From Neoconidiobolus thromboides FSU 785 (lineage: Eukaryota > Fungi > Entomophthoromycota), in NCBI GenBank assembly GCA_025603075.1, contig MU626277.1, positions 116,519 through 180,518 on the forward strand: a stretch of DNA of 64,000 bases, written 5' to 3'. The position numbers were made by a program, and so were the translations under genes. Within the stretch, counting starts at the first letter, position 1; each line of letters opens with the position of its first letter. Shown here piece by piece: positions 27,407-39,732 of the stretch. Under the pieces are notes generated by a model. That model saw only the letters and a list, made by a program, of their open reading frames with translations. It had not been told where the DNA came from and ran no database searches.

Positions 27407-29945
27407 AAGCTAATAATATTGTTTTTACCTGAGGTTAAACAATGACCTTTAGTTCTACCTTTCCATTTAAACAGCAAATCTTCATATTTAAAATTGAAAC
27501 TTTCATTAGCAGTTTGAGTTTTTAAAAACCAATTAAAATATAATTTCAATTTAGGATAAAATTCCGATAACCAATCATTATTCTTTAAATAATTGTCTTC
27601 ATTTTGATTTTGATTTTGATTCTGGTTTAAATATTTCAATAAATTGTAATTTCTTAATTTTTGTTCTTCCTGATATTTTAATAGTAGTTTCTCAATACTT
27701 AAAAATAACGTTGGTGGATTAGCATAGTCTTGATGTTGAGTTTGAAATTCGGGAGGTACCTAATAAACTTAATTATATAATTATATAATTATATTACTAT
27801 AAATTACCCTTGATCTAGCTTCATCACCTAATATTTGTTCTCTACCAATCCACCCATTTTCATCCATTAAATTTAACCATGATTGGATAATCTTTAAACT
27901 ATTAAAATTATAAATTTATTATATTGCAACTAATAAAACATTATTTTATATATCATTTATTACCTTAAATCCCCATTAAATTCTGATATGATTAATTGAT
28001 GGAATCCCTCATCCCTATTTATTAGTTATGATATTATTATAACTACACTGTTGTAATATAAAATACTATTTTGATTACCATAAAAATCCTCTTGGAAAAA
28101 AAGGCCTTGAAGGTACTGCAGTAAATAATTCCGTCTTCTGAGTGAAAATTACATTGCTTGATTTTGTTTCATCTTGAAATTCATCCTCTTGTTCGTTATC
28201 ATTATTATTATTATCATTGTCCGTGTTATCATTATTATTATTGTCGGTATTGTCATTTAATTCTTCGAAATCATCATTATCATCATCATCATCATCATCA
28301 TTATCATTGTTTTTATTTTGTTGTTTAGGTTCAATTTTAACTAAACTATTACCATAAAAATAACTAACACAAAATATAAATACAAAATATCGTTATTATT
28401 ATATTGTATTACCCAACACCACCAATTAAATTTGATAAACTATACTTTGCAAAGACAACATAATCGGTGTTATTTTTATATTCATTTAAATTAAATTTAG
28501 CATTAAATTTATTGTCAAATTCTTTATCATAATTATTAATTATATTCGTTATTTGATTAGCTAAAATTATTATTATAGTTATTGTCATTTTAAATAATAC
28601 AAACTTACAATTTAAATCTTTATCCGTGTTGTCATCGTTGTCATTTAATTGATTAAATAAAATATCAAACTAAACAAAATAATAATTGATGAATATTTTA
28701 TAATAACAATAAAAATAATAAAAACTTACATTGAATTCCTTTTGCTTATCAATAATAAATTGAAATAAAAACAAATTATTTTGTTTTTTTGTTAATAACT
28801 TATTAAATTTAAATAATAATTTTGGATCAATTGTAGTTATATCGAAGTGTTGATTGGGATTTTCTTTAAGTATTTTTTCGTATTTCAATTTACCAGTTTT
28901 AATTAATTGATTTGTTAAAATTTCTGTTATTTATTATTATATTATATATTATTATATATTATTACATTACTTAAATTTACCTTTTACTTTCCATAAATTT
29001 TCTTGATCAATAGTTAATCCCATAACATTTCCTTGAATATTACCTTCTATTAACGTTAATATTAATAGCTATTTACATAGCAATTAATCTATTATTTATT
29101 TACCATTTTTAATATCTATTTGAAATCTTCCAATATTCTTTTTATTACCAATTAATTGAATTAATCCCTAATAATGATAATATTGTTAACTATGTTTAAA
29201 ACTGTAATAATATCTAATCTTACCTTTTCATTCTTTTTAATCTCTACTTCCCCATCCGTTTCCAACGATATATAAAAATAAACTGCAATTTGATTTTTAT
29301 CTGATAAAACAAGAAATAAAACAATAAACACTACTATTAATTCATATATATACTACTCTTACCAGAATTTAAACTAGTACCATTAACTCTAGCTAACCAT
29401 CTATCTAAAAACAATCAACAGTTAATATAAGTATTACTATTATTAACAAAAACTAAACTCACTTTTATCTAACTCTTCTTTTTTTACAAAGTATGTATTT
29501 AATTGATATTTAGCTAAATTATCTGTAATCCTTTGATAACCAAAATTATCGAAGTCATGTTTTAGATAGCCATAACCATCAAAATCTTCAGTTTGTTCAC
29601 AATAAAATCGGATTTCTAAATAGGAAAAAAAAATTAGATTTGTATGTTAGCATTTGAAAAGTGAAGAAAGAGAATGTAATTAAACTTACTATCAAAATCG
29701 GAAATGGAATTAAGTGATTGCCATAATAAGCCAAAATTCAATTTAGAATCTTTTGTCGGGGTATTGAGATTAAAATATAAGTTAGGTTTATATGTACCAA
29801 AGTTTGACTTCTTGGATATTTCGCTCTCTTCTACACTTTGTATTAATTGGAAATTGAATAGTAATATAACTATTATTAATAGTGGATAAGATTTAAAATT
29901 CATTAGTTTCATTTCACTTTTTGAGTTTTTTAGGAATGAAAACAA
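26465..29945 (-). CDS. CWH41: Mannosyl-oligosaccharide glucosidase I (GH63), many exons; start at 29945 or 29912
   Basis: N-terminal hydrophobic anchor then [10 protein letters not shown]. Catalytic-domain motifs [56 protein letters not shown] and FTGWSSLI. Confidence 0.93.
27332..27403. repeat. (ATT)24 microsatellite inside a CWH41 intron (27305-27428)
   Basis: 24 uninterrupted ATT units. They produce the spurious poly-Ile ORF 27322-27639. Confidence 0.95.
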
Positions 29946-30003
29946 AATTGAAAAAAGTTACAGTATCAATTCTTTTGAGTTTTATTCCTAAAATTTTAAA
30001 AAA

Positions 30004-31719
30004 ATGGGTGAATCCCCTTCAACTAAAAACAATAACTATAAATTAACAGAAGGATTATCTCCGATTGTTGAATTTAATCCCGATAATTTTTATCCTGGCA
30101 AATTAAAAAGTCGATGGTAATTAGAATAACTTCATTCTTCTCTACCTCACTATCATTAACTCATCATCTCATTTAGGCGTTATCAACGTATTCTTACTCA
30201 GTCACGAAAAGATATGGACAACTTTTATTATTGGGTAAAAGAAGGGAAAGAAGAAGAATTAAATGAAATTACTAAATTAAAAAATACAAAATTAAGTTTA
30301 CCTAAATTAAGCTTGGAGTTATATGAAAGTTATTTTAAAGGTAAGATTTGTTAATTTATATTAATAATATAATAGAATGTTAATTGATAAATAATTTTAG
30401 ATCCTGATTGGACTTTTGAAGAATGTAAATACTTAATGGAATTATGTAAAAAATTTGATTGTAGATTTTTGGTGATTCATGATAGATATGAATTTCAAGA
30501 GAAACAAAGAGGAGTGGAGGTAATAATGGTTTATGTTATAAGAGTTAATATTGATTGATATTGATAGGAAATTAAAGAAAAATTTTATATAATTTATAAT
30601 AAATTAACACAATTAAAAGAAAATAATAAAACGAATAAAATTATTCCATTTGATAAAAGTAAATTATTTGAATCTATAAGGGGGAGACTTAATTAAGCTA
30701 ATTCTTTTATTATAGATAAAGAACTCCAAAGAAAAAAACAATTGAGCAAATTATTTTTAAGAAGTAAAGAAGAGATTATGGTAATATCACATTATAATAA
30801 TAACATAGTAACACTAATCTTAACAATCCATTTTAATAGGAAGAAGAACAATTACTATTAAAATTAAGAAAATTAAAAGTGAATTATAAACAACAATTAA
30901 GACAACGAGATTATGTCCAGCATTTATTAAATAATTCTAATAAAACAAGTAGTAGTTTATTAAATCATAATAATAATAATGGATTAGATTTAAATAATCC
31001 CTATTTAGATTTTGATTTATCTACTAAAGTAAGAGAATTTATTCCTAATAGTAATATTAATAAATATTGGTGCTTATTTTTAAAATTTTAGCCCCGTAAA
31101 AAGAGAAATAAAAAAGAAATGACACCAAGCATTGAAAGTTATTCAAGGAAACAAAGTATCTTTAATAAAGAAGATTTGGAAATTAATATTGATGATAAGA
31201 GCCCTTTATGTAAGTTAAATAATTATAATCTATTAATAAGTTATTTTTATCTTATTTTTATCTTATTTTAGTGTTACCTAATAATTTTGATACTTTATCT
31301 CCATCTCATCTGCAATTAAAGAAAGAAAAAATACCTGTTGGTGCTTATTTAAGATCCAGTAGGATTGCACCAATACGACCAGCACAAGCTAATTTATTTG
31401 CAGAAGAATTAAATGAATTAGGATTAAGTAAGCATCGTACTCATAATATAACTAGTTTGATAAATTTTATTTAACACTTTATATATCAATTTATTGATTT
31501 ATTTAAATTAATTTAGGCACACGTCCATTTATGCCCACAGAGAGATGTTGTACAAGATTTGAAGAAGTACAGGATTTAGTATTAGCTTATATTGATAGTA
31601 AAAAGCAAATGGAAAAATTAGATTCTAATCATTCAACTCGTAGATCTTCTACAACTATTTTCGAGGGTTTAGAAGAAGATGGTAATGTTAATGAAGTTAA
31701 AAACAACAGAAAGAGATGA
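30004..31719 (+). CDS. SWC4: SWR1/NuA4 complex subunit Swc4/DMAP1, multi-exon
   Basis: Exons encode FTQSRKDMDNFYYW, YESYFKDPDWTFEECKYLMELCKKFDCRFLVIHDRY (SANT-like domain), KERELQRKKQL, VGAYLRSSRI and RPFMPTE. Confidence 0.9.
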
Positions 31720-31773
31720 ATTGGGATAATATTACTGAGGAATTTTATTTTGTTTTATTTAACGAAACTGATA

Positions 31774-32577
31774 TTACATAAGAGTAGAGAGACAGTTATT
31801 ATAATTTAATCGATTAATAAATAAAATTAAATTTTGTTGCATATATTTCATAATCCCTTTATGATCTTCCCCATTGAATTGATTTAAATTGTTTAAGGTT
31901 CGGTATAAAAATTTTAATTGAGTCATGAAATCCTAAAATTAAAATATTATTATAAAATAGAATAAAATAATTTAACTTACTTTAAACAGAATATTAGTTT
32001 TTGAACTTAAATAATCCAAATTATTACTATCGTTATCCATAGAAATAATATTTGTATCTTCATTTTCATCATGATTGTTATTTTCATTGCTATTAAAATT
32101 ATAAATTAAATGAACGAATTTTAAGATTAAATTCAATAAATTAAATATGATGTTTTTAATATTAATATTAAATAAAAAACTGGAATATTTTAATTTTAAT
32201 AAAAAATTCCAATGTTTTTTAATGATTTGTTTAATTTCAACATATTCTTGCTCTTTTTCATTGTCTTTATTTTCATTAATAATTTCTATTATTAAAATAT
32301 CAAATTCTTTTTGTATTACATCGAATTGTAAATAAGACCAATAATTATTTAAAAAATGAAAGAACCAATGATATTGATAATGTATATTTAATTTAATAAC
32401 TTTTTTATAAATTGACTGTAGTTTTTGTAATATAAATTTAATACAGAATAAATTTAAATATAATTCATTATATAGCTTAAAATCCATTTCATTTAATATT
32501 AATTTTAATAACCAATCATTATTATATTTTAATTCTAACTTGTTATAAATACCAATCATATTCAGAAATTGATATTG

Positions 32578-32610
<33 letters not shown>

Positions 32611-33870
32611 TATTATTGTATATTCATTATTGTTATTAATGAATTTAAATTTATTTAAAAATTTAAATTCACTTTGATAACAATTTTGGTTAATTAAATT
32701 AACAAATAAAAAATTAAATTCTTCTATTTGAATATTACGATTTTCATTTAAATAATTATTCATTAATAATTGATTAAAATTAAAAAATAATTCGCCATTA
32801 CCTAATAAATAAATATCTCTTAATATTTTGATATGTTGAAGAAATTGAATTTTTTCTTGAATTAATTTATTTAAGATTGTTTTGTTAATTTCTTTTTCGA
32901 TTTTGTCAATGCTATTTTCAATTAAGTAATGAATATCATGACTTATATTCTGATAGTTTAATTCAGTTTCAATTAATTGTCGATATTCTATTAGATTGTA
33001 ATTGAATTGCTGTACAATTGTAATGATTTTACCGATAAATAATATAGTAATACAATGTTCTTTACTTAAAAATGGGGGTATTTTATCGTCTAATATAATA
33101 AAATTTAAATTGATATTAGTAATACTATCATCTTCATAGATGTTATAAATTGTTGCTGTATTATTGATATTATTATTATTATTATCTAACATGATAAAAA
33201 ACTCAGAATATGGATCATAAATACTACCATTTAATAAAAAATACGTCAAATAATTTAAAAATACTAAATTCATTTGAACTAATATATTTTTAATTTCCGT
33301 TTCGATTGTTTCATTACCATGAATTCTACTCTCATATAACATCTTATAAACTTGATTTGCATTCAATTTTTCTTTAATTATCCCCTTAATCATCCTTTTC
33401 AAAAACAGAAACAAAAACAGTTCAGTATGAAATATACTTAATAGGTACGATATAGGTGTACTACCCGAATCCAAATCTCTTCCTAATAATATACCTTCTT
33501 CAATAAGGAGTACCTTTTTTTCATACTTCTCCATAATTTCATTCAAACTTAACTTAAACGACTTGATATATAACGAATGTTCATTCTCTTTTATCTCTAT
33601 ATACGATTTAACTATTCTATAATTATCTCCTAATTTTAATATACGATTTAATAATTCGATTTCTTCTGGTTTTATGATCGGCAAACTTTTGTTAATGGAA
33701 AAATACTCTTCCTCTTCAGCTTCAGAATCTTCTTCTTGTAGTCCAATATCATCCTCATCTTCATCTATTATATTTATTTGAACTTCGTTTCTGGTATTTA
33801 TCATCCTTTTTTTTAATTGAAATATTTCGCCTGGGTATCCCATCAACGCCAATAATAACTCGTGGTACAT
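31774..33870 (-). CDS. GCP4: Gamma-tubulin complex component 4 (Spc97/Spc98 family)
   Basis: N-terminus MYHELLLALMGYPGEIF is the GCP4 signature, with DIYLLGNGELF and SYLQFDVI further in. Intron 31933-31980 adds a final exon ending FINRLNYNNCLSTLM*. Confidence 0.88.
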
Positions 33871-34388
33871 CTTTTATTATTTATTGGAAAATAACAATAA
33901 AAATCAAAAACCGAATTTTAGTTTCAAATTTTTAGTGACATTTGTACCTAAAAATTTAAAAATCGCAGGTCTTTTAAAATGCATCAAAATTAAAATTATT
34001 TTTGAAATCAGTTTGTTTCCTAAAATTACTTATTCAAAGCAAGATAATGAAGGAATTGACTTAAATTCGTTATAAAACAAAATGTCCAGAGGATTATTTT
34101 AAAGTGATTTTATCAAATTAGCAAAGGTTATTAGATAATAAATCTATAAATTTAAACTTACTAAACTTTTTTTGTTCAAGGTAAGCTTTGATGGTAAAAT
34201 ATAACTAAATATAGTAATGATAAGCAAAAAAACACTTTAAAAATATATTAAAATAAAGAAAATAGAAATAGTTTATTGAAATTAGTGTTAGAACAAAATG
34301 ATTTTATAAAAAAAGCTGTAAAAAGCTGTAAAAAGCTTATATATAAACTTTTATGTGATAAAAAGCATTGTTATTGAAAAAAGTTAAA

Positions 34389-34476
34389 TGGGAGTGTTTT
34401 TTTGGCTTTGTTACTTTTTCTATCTTTTAAGCGTTATTTGAGTGAAAAAATTCTTAAACACAAAAATACATCTCTA
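34389..34476 (+). mobile_element. MITE-like repeat, copy F (internal ~11-bp deletion)
   Basis: TGGGAGTGTTTTTTTGG...TTTTAAGCGTTATTTGAGTGAAAAAATTCTTAAACACAAAAATACATCTC. Confidence 0.82.
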
Positions 34477-34489
34477 AATAAAGCTGCAA

Positions 34490-34588
34490 ATTGTGAAATC
34501 TGATACTTAGTGGTTGGGGTCAAAAGGTCTTAGTTACATAAACTATAAGATCTTTTGACCCCAACCACTAAGTACCAGATTTCACAAT
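34490..34588. repeat. 99-bp near-perfect inverted repeat (hairpin / foldback)
   Basis: 43-bp arms ATTGTGAAATCTG(A/G)TACTTAGTGGTTGGGGTCAAAAG(G/A)TCTTA with 2 transition mismatches and a 13-nt centre that can pair further (TAGTT/AACTA). Confidence 0.95.
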
Positions 34589-35035
34589 AGAATTTAATGT
34601 TTAATAACTAAAGTTAAAAGTTATCTTAGCTTAATTAACTGATGATAAGTTAATAAATTTTAGTTTGTATGGCTAAAATAAACAATATAAAAAACTTAAC
34701 AACTTTAAGAAATAATTTCAAAAGAAAAGTTTTTATATTAGAAAGTTTTTTTATACTTTATGTTAAAGTGTTATACATAAAAAGTATAATGGTAGTTATA
34801 GTTTTCTACTATAAATACCAAGTATAGACATCAAAACATAAAAGGAACATTTTATATGATTAAAAAATAAAGAAATTTATAGCAAATATAAACAAAAAAT
34901 CAAAATTAATTATTATAAAAGCTGGTACTTAATAATTATAGTTAAAAGCAGTTTTTGCTTGATCAACTCTAGCTACAAATCAAAAGGTGTTGGTTTATAT
35001 AGCCAAAATAAACTTGAGTTATCAAAAAAAACATC

Positions 35036-35136
35036 CCTGTATGTTATTTTTGATTTCATTACTTTTTCATTTTTTTAAGTGCTACTTGAGTGGGAAGATT
35101 GTTAGTAAAATTCTTAAACACAAAAACACATTGGCA
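35036..35136 (+). mobile_element. MITE-like repeat, copy G, preceded by a head-to-head terminal fragment (35022-35037)
   Basis: GATTTCATTACTTTTTCATTTTTTTAAGTGCTACTTGAGTGGGAAGATTGTTAGTAAAATTCTTAAACACAAAAACACAT. The upstream ATCAAAAAAAACATCCC is an inverted terminus. Confidence 0.85.
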
Positions 35137-35819
35137 TATAACCTCAAAAATAATTTTACTATTTTGATTTTGTTTATTTTGTTTCTTATAGTAACTTTTA
35201 AGTGGATTATTTTAGTACAGGGTAATATAAAATTAGAAAGTACAAAATTTATAATTGTATCATAAATATTTGATACTATGAAGGATTTCTTTTTTAAAAT
35301 CAAGACAACCAATAGTTCATAGTGTATATTTTAAAAACAAATCATAATTATAATTTATCCAAAATATATTTTAAATAATAATAAACAATGTGTTGTAGTA
35401 ATAAAACGTAAAGTATATTATCCAATATCATTATAATCAATGAAAGGATTTCACAAATCCCAAACATTTAGTTTTAGACATTTAAATCTTATATGTAATA
35501 AATAATATTGTATATCTTTTATTGGTTTAAATGAAATGAATATTTAAGTTAAATTTTTGAGTTAAAACAATTTTTGCATTAACCTATTAAAAGTTTAATA
35601 TAGTAAATTAAAAAAGATATTTTAAAGTCAATCGGCACAATACGAGGTAAGAAGGGAAGAAGTTTAATTGCAGCTATCATGAGATAAGGAAGTTTTAAGC
35701 AATTTAAACCAAAATATTGATTTAATCAAGTGACTATATTGTAAACCTCAATGATAAAAGTAATGACTAATCTTAGCATTGAAGAGTAAAAAAACAATGG
35801 TCCTTGAATCTGCAATAGA

Positions 35820-38578
35820 ATAAGTGATAAAACTAAAAATAGGTTTACTGATAATGATTAAGAAAGAATTGTCTATAAAGGAAGCACCAGCACAATTATC
35901 CGTAAGCTATAATGGAGTACTAAGATTTGTTGCTAAAAAGAAAGAAAGTTTGAAAAAGGATATAAATGCAAGGAAGTTAAGGATTTCAAAAGACAGTAAG
36001 TTACAAAAATTTCTCGATAAAGTGCAAAAAGTAGATGGATTAAGAGAAAGTTACTGAGTTTAGTGATTAAACAAGGAAGGCCTGTAAGAGAAGTAACAGA
36101 TCATTTGTCTATTAAATATATTACAGCATAGGACGCCCTTAAAAGAGAAAGAAGAAGGTTGAATGAGACTATGAGAGTTGGAAAAAAGGGTACCCAAAAA
36201 GGTAATAATTTAGAAGGGTCTATTAATAAAATCCAAAATCAAACAATCGATAAGACTAAGAAGAGTCTATTGAAGTCATTAATTCTGAAAGGAATGCTAA
36301 TAAGCGAAGCAGCAAGAACGATCGTCGTTAAAGAAATAGAAGATTTAAAAAAGGATGTAAATATAGAAAAGATTCTGAAAGATAGTAAAGCACAAAAATT
36401 TCTTGACAGAGCGAATAAAACAGATGATAAAATTAAAAAAGGTGCATTGAGTCTGGTAATTAATCAAGGGTAATCTATAAAAAAGATATCAGAAAAATCA
36501 TCCATAAGCTATGACCAGTAAGGAATTTTGTTCCTAGAGAGAAAAGAAAATATATTAAGGCTTCAAATCCCAAAAAATTAGATATGCAAAAAGATAACAA
36601 TTTAAAAAAGCTTAGCATCCAACTACGCTTCAAAGCAAACAATGAAATCAGAGAAACCCTATCAAAGTTATTACTTGAGTAAGACAAGCCTACGAAAGAA
36701 CCAACAGAGGAATTATTTATGAAGTATGGTACAGCAAAAGAAATTGTCCTCAAAGAAAAAAGAAGCTGAGTGAGGCTACAGATGTTGAGAAAACATGTAC
36801 ATAAAGAGGTAGCAACTTAAAGAAACTCACTCTCCGAACTCGAAAGAAGTAAAGGATGAGACTAAAAGGAATATATTAGAGGTAACAATTGAGGAAGAGA
36901 TGTATATCAGGGAAGTAGCGGAATAATCATCTATGAACTATAATATAGTTAAAGAAGTTATTTTTAGAGAGAGAAAGTAACTAAAGGAAGTTGTAGATTC
37001 AAGAGAGCTAAATATTGAAAAAGGGAAGTTAAAGGGATTTATTAGTAAATCTTTTAGAATAAATGATAAAATTATAAGAGATTTATGGAGTTTAGTAGTT
37101 GAGAAAAAAAAAGTATAAAGGTGGCAGCAGAGGAATTATCGACAACTACAATAAAGCAAGAAGTACTATTAGTGGACATAAAAAGGAGTTAAATATTATC
37201 ACGAATGTTAGAAAAATCAATATGGGGAATGATGAAGAAACAAGTGAACAGAAAAGTGGTGAACGAAATGTATACGAGTATGAAGAATTAAGTGAACGAG
37301 AAAGGGACAAAAAAGTACGCAAGGGGGAGGAAGAGATAGGTAGACTCGTTGATAATGAACTAAAACCTGAAAGCGTTAATGAAATCAATATGGAAGGAGA
37401 TGAGAAATTCACAAAGTAAAGCAGTGAGATTATTATTAATAAAAACCATTAAGAGAATAGCTAATCAAATAACGAAGCAAGCAAAACTTTGTTATTTCTA
37501 GTAATCAGTCCGAAAGTTTCTACAAAAACTGAACCAGAGCGACTGTTCATTAGTTATGGCAATCCACAAATGCCTACTGGTAATGAAATAGAAAAACCAA
37601 TCAAGGTTATAGAAGTTAAAGGTGAAGCAACACTAGATGGTTTGATTTTAACACATCAAGTAGTTTCTGAAGTCGGAAAGATTGAGAAAAACAATAAATA
37701 TACATTGAAGTAAATACAAGAGAAACTATACTTTCGAAAAAATATTAAATTAGAGTTACCTTTGGTTAGTGGAGCATTATCTTTATTAAGAGTTACTTTT
37801 AAAAACTCGAGCTATGCTTTTGATGAAATCAATAAAGAGTCAGTACTATTTAGAAGAGCAAAATGTGCTGCTCATTTCATTGAATTTTATACCAATAGTA
37901 CCAATAAGTGTGTTTTCATTCATGGATCGGGATTTAAGTACCATTTAGATAAAACAGAAGCTCGATTACAAAACGGAGAAAAGGTACTCAATTGTTTCGG
38001 GTGTAAAAGGCATGAGACAGACGCTAATAACCATTGCCTCCAGAAAGGGTATACTTCGTTATGACATATTAGATGAAAGATCCATAAGTGAAAAGTTTGT
38101 CATGTTTACTGAAGAATTGGTTGATATCTTTGGTAATGGCCAAGAAATTGGAGAATCCTGAATAACCATAGACGATACAAGGATTCAAAAAGTTCGAGCG
38201 ACAGAAAAAACATTACAGAATACTAGCTATAACTTTAAACTTCTATCACCTTATTCATATATGCTAAAACCAGCAGAAAGCGTTTTTTCAAAGATCAAAT
38301 GGCGATGTTCTTTTGTGTTTAAGAATTTTACTAACAATATTTCCACTCAAATAGTGCTTAAAAAATGGAAAAGTAATGAAATCAAAAAAAACATCCCCAA
38401 ATTATTTATGAACATTTATATAAAGTTGGAGTTGAAAGCTTCATTGAAAACAAGGTTTATTATGAAAGTTGTTATCAAACATGTCATGTTATCAATATGT
38501 GATTTAGACTTTGAAAGTTATTTTGATAATACGATCGAAAACGTACAGTTGGCTTTACAGAAACTATCCTTTGATTAA
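35820..38578 (+). mobile_element. Decayed Tc1/IS630 (DD34E, DDE_3) transposase pseudogene with multiple tandem HTH modules
   Basis: TLK*IQEKL, CVFIHGSGF (decayed IFIDESGF), TLITIASRKGIL (after a frameshift) and ITIDDTRIQK...LLSPYSYMLKPAESVFSKIK, with 34 residues between D and E. Many stops and frameshifts. Element ends not found. Confidence 0.85.
38300..38399 (-). mobile_element. MITE-like repeat, copy H, inserted in the transposase C-terminus
   Basis: TGGCGATGT...ACATCCCCA termini with the family core in reverse orientation. It is flanked by AA on both sides and interrupts SKIK|LFMN. Confidence 0.9.
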
Positions 38579-39732
38579 GCTAAAAAGAAAATTATATTTA
38601 TTGAATTGTTTGGTTTGAATTTATATAGACTTTAATGTTTCAACAAGTATTATATCGATTTACTTTGGGACAAATTTACCTTTAAAATTAAATGTCCTCC
38701 TCTTTCACTATCTTAAAAAACCATATTTATTAACTTCTGATTACAGTACTATTGTATTATCAAATGTCTTACTTTATTTTAAATTATCACAAAACCAATA
38801 TTTTTATACTAATTCTTATAGTTTCAAATCAAAAGTAGTTGATGCTTTTTGACTACTTTTTTGAATATTTTCTAATCAAATTCTTTTCAATTAAAGAAAT
38901 TGAAATTTGAAAAGCAAATACTGTGTTTTTATATTTTAATTTTTCTTTAATACTCTGAAACATTTTTTGTAAAACTAAATAAAAATAAGAGTGTATCAAT
39001 TTTATTTTTACTTAAAAACGATTCGTAATACGTTCATTAGCTGAATTACAATTTAATTATTGATAATATTATGTAAACGCTAAAAAACATAGTAATAGTA
39101 GCAGTATAGCTTAATTTCCGGTAGCTTATATGTAATTGATTATTATGATTAACTCTTGATTTATTTATTTGTTGTTGATTATAATAATAAGCATTAAAAG
39201 CAAGGGGCAATGAATAACAAATAAAACTAAACTTAGAATGGTAAGTTTTATTTATTTAATAACAAATGTTAATATCAACTTATAATACTAGATTCCTTTT
39301 TTACTATTTCAAATGTTTATTTTTATTACAATTAAAATTTTAGCTTATTGTTTAACTATAAAGTAGTTTAAAACATAATTCCAATAAGCTAAATGTTGAA
39401 AACGGTTACAATCAAAAACGTGAACATAAATTAATTTCAGTTAATGCAGCCTTTTCAACCAGAAAATTGAAGCCAAAAGAATGAATTCATCTCGAATAAA
39501 ATTGAATACCAAAAATAGAGCAACCCATCAACTAATGAAATTCCAACTTCTATTACTAAACTTTCAACTTTAAAAATAATTTTACTTAATTAAGACAGCT
39601 CCAATGCGGTTACTACAGTTCAAAACGATGATATTAATTTAAGATCCAACATCAACAAGCTTTAACAATATAAATAATTCAATCCTATATTTTATCTCAT
39701 TTACTTTTTTCTAGAATTTTAATTTTAAAAAA

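Noticed and set aside
27322-27639. ORF ending in poly-Ile
   Set aside because: Read-through of a CWH41 exon into the intronic (ATT)n microsatellite.
35036-38399. Inverted MITE copies G and H as the terminal inverted repeats of the transposase element
   Set aside because: H interrupts the transposase coding sequence, which continues to 38578, and each copy has its own two termini, so they are independent insertions.
35440-38770. Candidate true TIRs of the Tc1-like element (AGACATTTA / AAATGTC and TTTGGGA matches)
   Set aside because: Only scattered 9-12-bp AT-rich matches in non-collinear order, so the ends cannot be supported.
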